Assembly: GCF_000485595.1 (NCBI RefSeq)
Contig: NW_014577092.1
Coordinates: 708,190 to 772,189 of the forward strand
Reading direction: 5' to 3'
DNA length: 64,000 bases
Source of the DNA: Priapulus caudatus
Lineage: Eukaryota
The notes under the pieces were generated by a model. The model made no database searches, had not been told where the DNA came from, and saw only the letters and a list, made by a program, of their open reading frames with translations. This document shows positions 49,530-64,000 of this stretch, one piece after another. Each line of letters opens with the position of its first letter. The first letter of the stretch is position 1. The translations under genes and the position numbers were made by a program.

Positions 49530-51374
49530 GAGAGGGAAGTAGACAGCACGCACAGAAAGGGGAGGGAGAATGTGAGAGGGGAGGGAGGAAATAACGCACA
49601 AGACAGGGAAAGAAAGCGAGCGAGAGAGAGAGAGAGAGAGAGGCGGCGCCGGAGAGAGCAAGCCACAGCGCGTGGGCGACGGTGGAAATGATGCAGCTGG
49701 GGTACCTGCGTACAAACTAGGCGCAGAGTTATGCAACTCGCCCGCGTGCACGCGATGCGTGCGGCTCGGCTAATTCATAATCGATATCGTCGCAGCGAAG
49801 TTTCGACCGCCGCGCAACACGCTAATCGATGCGCATGCGTCGCAGATACGGGCAAGGAAAGAAAATAATAAATTTCACCGCGTGAAAACTAACCTGAAGA
49901 ATCGTCAATTGTAATTATCTTCTTACATAAGCGTACAGATCCACCAAGCTGCAAGGCAAACTCAATCACGCCTAAGGTAGTGCACAGCAAAATGGCACGG
50001 CAACTTAAATGGCGAAGGAGCGTAAGTCTACGTCTGGAACCTGATACCATACTGTCCCATATACCATACTGTCTGTCCAGCTCTATAGTTAGGCATATGA
50101 CATGTGACCACTATTAAATCACTACCGGTTCATTACCCTGTTAGGTTAGAAGATGTGACGCGTCGTCCGCCGACGAATCGGAGGGCCCGCTGCTCGGGCA
50201 CCAAAGCTGACGCGATGTTTTGTGGTTGCATTATATAGGCTGGCTATCGTGTGTGCCAACGGTATGCATACGGAGATGGGTGGATGGTTACTAGTAATTT
50301 AAAATGAATTCTCTCAAACTATGGTCCCTATTCGACTGCGCGACTGTTTTTCAGGCAAAAATGTGGTATCGCTGAGTAAATTCGCGATAGCTTTTAAAAT
50401 CGCCGGACAACATATGACACAACTCTCATGGTAGTACACGGCTGAAGTACATGGCTATTAGCTTTAATAGTACCAGTTGGCAGAAAACAGTCGAAATAAT
50501 CATTTATAAGCCCCTGAAATTTAGTTCTTAAGTATACGATCCTATGGAGGATCCAATAGTGGTCTGTTCTCATATAAAAACACAGGACACAATCGCTGAA
50601 GTTTTCACTGTGCCGATGCATGCATGGCAACGCACACTGGCGAACATATAAGCATAAGAAGCAGTGCTTTTAAAGTAATTATTTCACACAATTTCCCTGA
50701 CCGTTCTCGTATTTTTACGAACACTAAAATACTGGTATTGCTTGTGTAGCAGCAATTGTCTAAAGTAAGGGTTACATGTCTCACAACACTCGTAAATTTC
50801 ACACACAAAATATTCAACTATTGAGTTTTTTTACATCGCGTTGACGCGATTACATGACGATGCCACTCGTCTCTCGCGAGACCTTGTCGCAATACTTTAA
50901 CTAAAACTTAAACTATAACTTGAACTAAGCAATAGAGATGTTGTACCCGTCTAGAACCACTACGTCACTCAATACGACGCACATTTGTCTTCCTGTTGCC
51001 GATTTCAACGGAATTGTCGCTATACGAAAGAATCTGGCTGCATTACTCACGATTGTACATACCATAACAGCAGAAAGACACGGTAATTTTTATACTTGAG
51101 TAAACAGTAACATATTCGCTGTTAGATGAGACTATATCCCGCTATATTTGTTCTCAAGTGTGCATTTTTGTGTGAAATAATTCCTTTAACATGGTAAACG
51201 AGAGGTCCTGCAGCGTATTAAATGAGCACATCACAGTTGCTATAGCAACAATCACAAGCGAACTATATATATGGGGTAGTAATATAAAAGGTGATATAAT
51301 TTGAGGTATATGCACCACAATCATGTCGCACGGTGGCGAGATGAATAATAATCTCATCAGCTAATATATACGGG

Positions 51375-51472
51375 CGCGTGTGTGTCTCTCTCTGTGTGAG
51401 TGTGCGAGAGAGAGAGAGAGAGAGAGAGAGAAGAGAGAGAGTGTGTGTGCGTGTGTGTGCGTAGTGCGTATG

Positions 51473-51503
<31 letters not shown>

Positions 51504-51509
51504 TGTGTT

Positions 51510-51540
<31 letters not shown>

Positions 51541-51700
51541 TTGTGTGCTGTGTGTGTGTGTGTGTGTGTGTGTTTGTGTGTGTGTGTGCGTGTACGTGTG
51601 CGGTGTGCGTGTGCGTGTGCGTGCGCGTGTGTGTGTGTATGTGTGTGTGTGGCCAGTGTGAGTTTGTGGGTGTGTGTGCGTCTGTGTGTGCGTTTATGTG
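51375..51700. repeat. (GA)n plus (TG)n compound microsatellite (mirrored at 58975-59300)
   Basis: Directly visible. Confidence 0.95.
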
Positions 51701-52953
51701 TGCCAGACTAATATAAACGCTAACATGTCTCATATTACTATTCTACGATCGTCTGAACAATTAATTTTAGCCATACTGCGTTTTCACCAAACCCGGAAAC
51801 CCCGTGTAGTCGTGCACCTTATTTTTAAATAAAAAAAAAAAAATAGTCGGCAAACATTTGCTTAGAAATACGTCTCAAAGACCGTTAGAGAGCAAGACGT
51901 AATAACGAAACATACCTAAAATATAAAAACTTCACTATAAATTATAGTAGGAAAGAATGTTGTAATAAATATATACATATAATATATATGCGTAGTTGGT
52001 AGATGAAGAAAGAGGAGTGTAGGTAAGACCTAAAAAAGACGTTTGTTTCGGCTAACGCCGACCGAGTCCATTTTAAACCGCCGTGTCGAAACGAATTTTT
52101 TAAAATAAAATAAAAAATCCCAACGTGATATCGATCGGTGAATGCATTGATTTGACTTTGAAAGTCATTATATTGGCTGTTAATAAGTATAAAACAAGTA
52201 ATTGTTCAAATCCAAAAAAAAAATTATTTAATGGTTTGCCTAAATGAAGGTTTTGCCCTGCTACCGTGTCCAATTTTTTTCCAGCTCGTTAGCGGAAACA
52301 AAAACATCTTTTTTTCTTAGGCTAAACAGTGAAACCGTGCACTGATATCTTGAGAAGAAGCCAAGGGAAGGAAGCCGGAGAAAGCGCGAATGAGGAAGAC
52401 AAAGATATGGGAAAATGGTCGATGGGTTAGTCTGAAGAGGGAGGTGGCAGCTATCGCTACTAGCGAGCTTATCCTAAATGCGCCTGGCGTTTCTTCCCTT
52501 CCCTCCCCTTCTTACACTAGGAGTCAAACTGTCTGTATGGGCGACTGTCTAGCAACGCCAGCCACGGGGAAGAGTATTTAATATAGAAGCCGTGTGTGGT
52601 AGTAAATATAGATATACATCAAGAACTACTACTAATAATAATATTAATAAATTTATAATATATATATAAAGTATGAAACGTAAAATACAAATAAAGAAAT
52701 GCAGTGTCTGTTACTATGAATGCGAGCTTTCGGAGGCACACACACGCACATATGTCATTGTGTACAATGCACGGCCCGCACGCACATACACAAACACACA
52801 CACAACGCACACACACACCACACACACACACGCACGCACGCACGCACGCACGGCAACCACGCACACGTATGTATGTATATATATGTATATGTATATATGT
52901 GCGTGTGCGTGTGCGTGCGCGCGTGTATGCATGTCTGCATGTATGCCATGTAT

Positions 52954-52991
<38 letters not shown>

Positions 52992-53139
52992 TAAAATTAT
53001 ACGGACACGGTAAGCCAAAATTACTACCGTGTCCGTATAACTTTTATCTATATTTGCTCTACTCATGGTAGTGATTGAGCACTCTCGACACACGAGTTCA
53101 TAAACAACCATTGGAATATATATATATATATATATAAAC

Positions 53140-54340
<1,201 letters not shown>

Positions 54341-55099
54341 ATATATATATATATATATCATATATATATACAGGCTACACATATACATAATGATTTCTGG
54401 AGCCGCTTGTGTTCTCGCCTGATGCATTTCCTCCACATGTATGCGTACATAATATTATCGTCAGAAAGGCAACGTCGTTTTCTGAGATTGCCACGCGCGC
54501 CCTATTCGTGACGGGACATTATCGACACATGCACGCGGGTGCGTACGCACGCGCGAATATCCGAGTATGACTCGGAATATTGAACCACCGCCTCTGAACT
54601 ACGACGCCATTCCGAAAACGATTGAATGATCACGCCACCGTTACGAGAAACCGGGATCCCCTACAGTGGAGAACCCGACGGAAGACAAACGCAAAGAAAC
54701 ATGGCCGACGAAATGTAACCGTGCGCCTTTTCAGCTCCCCCCTCTGAGGTGGGGGGGGGGGCAGCACGGAACGTTACTCGCGTACTACGCATTACGTACT
54801 TCACCCTAATCAATGAAACGAATTTCGAGTCTATTCAATCGGTTAGCCTAGGTCGGGTTTAAAAAATACTTTTTTGAAAATGCCCCCCACCCTTCAAGTT
54901 GCAGCGGAACTTAACATAGCGTTTGTCTACCGAATAACACAGGAGGATTCCACAACTTCTGACGGTAAAACCTGCTACGCACATGTAACATCACGAGCTA
55001 ATAATACCTATTGGCGACATGTAATACGGTCGGTACAGTTCCGGCGCCTGTTTACTGGAGAGGCATCTCAGTTANNNNNNNNNNNNNNNNNNNNNNNNN

Positions 55100-56268
55100 T
55101 CGGTTTTCCCGCGTTTCACAATACCAGCAGTCTGATTGGAATGAGTGATCGATTTTTTCTCTGTGTGGCAGGCACTGTACAGTCAGTGCTGAACAAGTGT
55201 GTGAAGATTTGACGAAACGAATTGAGGGGTTTTTCACGGATTTTTCGGTGAGTTTGACGGTTTGGCAGGTTTTTTTCAGCTACGAACACTCACCGGGTAT
55301 AAGAGATGGCCCTGTAAAAATTGCATCCAGATCGCTTGGGCGGTTTGGCCGCCTATAGGGAAGATACATACATAGATACATAGATACATAGATACATACG
55401 AACTCAAATATATATTAGATATAACGACGAACGGGAATCTCACAGGAACGTACGCCGCTGCTGTGTTGTAGTAAGTAACAACAAGCGCGTCAATGTGAAC
55501 AATATAGCCAGTTGTCAGGGAGGGGGAAAACAGACACTGCGCCTGAGAAAACGAGAAAATAAATACAGCGTAGCTTCTTTATGGAACCTGATACATTGTC
55601 AGGTGGGCATATGTTTCCATGAACCAAAGTATCCTCTTGACGTACACTGACGTCACGCACGAACTCGGCTATCTCCGAAGTTGAATGCATACAGCCTGCT
55701 GATGGTGCTGGTGGTTGCGCATGGTCATATTCCATACTACGCATATCTTGTTCTTTTCTTGACTTTGGTTCATGGAAACATATGCCCACCTTTCGGCGCG
55801 GTTCCGTAGGCGCCATATTGTTTATATTTGAGCAACCATCATTTCAATCGAGTCAATGTAGCCACTTTCAGATGTCATAACTTTTAAAATAAATCATTTC
55901 ATGAAATCAAACTTTGTAGTCTAGACAGAGAAGCACATCGACTGTTTATGTTATTAATTTCAGAATTTTTACCGTAACCGTTTTCGAGATAAAAACCCAA
56001 CAAAACGTAATCCGAACTAACAGCGACAATCGGCCGGTAGTACGGGTTTCCCGCCAAATTAATCCAGTTCTCGTTGGTCGCTATAGCCTATATAAATCCC
56101 AGCCGCTAGGCATCGTCAGTTATCGTCACACCGTCACTGCGACTTATAGGTAAATATGTTTTGTATTTCTCTCGCGACTATCGTACTTGTTATTAGTAGT
56201 AATATTTGACGCGATGAACATAGATAAACTTACTTGTACTTACTTGTATTATATTTCATGTATTGATG
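55100..56268 (+). repeat. Third (direct) copy of 47230-48433, between the 25-N gap and the start of the inverted arm
   Basis: Collinear with 47230-48433, then switches abruptly to the reverse complement of about 54397 at 56270. Confidence 0.92.
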
Positions 56269-56269
56269 A

Positions 56270-64000
<7,731 letters not shown>

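Overview
This is eukaryotic (metazoan, probably marine invertebrate) genomic DNA, mostly intronic, rich in microsatellites and transposon debris. No rRNA, tRNA, CRISPR array or operon was seen. The only clear host gene is a transmembrane adenylate cyclase of the type 5/6 group on the minus strand: two consecutive exons (23477-23328, 150 bp; 16449-16328, 122 bp) with canonical AG/GT ends splice in frame. Mobile DNA includes an intron-containing, inactivated PIF/Harbinger transposase (3000-1690, minus), a frameshifted AcademX-like transposase relic (about 39780-41335) and a Penelope-like GIY-YIG 3' fragment with a minimal hammerhead ribozyme motif (53140-54340, mirrored at 56330-57530). There is also a non-autonomous Helitron (46920-47560) and several MITEs with intact TIRs and TSDs (hAT-Charlie-like, hAT5-like, Kolobok, TA-flanked). 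More than half of the window lies in kb-scale direct or inverted duplications where one copy carries dense 1-bp indels, mostly beside N gaps; these are probably long-read gap-filling artefacts. I found no convincing wholly new multi-gene system. The best leads are the hammerhead-bearing Penelope end, a hAT MITE that resembles mammalian Charlie4z (possible horizontal transfer), the spliced Harbinger, a satellite array nested inside a dispersed repeat, and several long hairpins. All family assignments come from motif recognition, not database searches.
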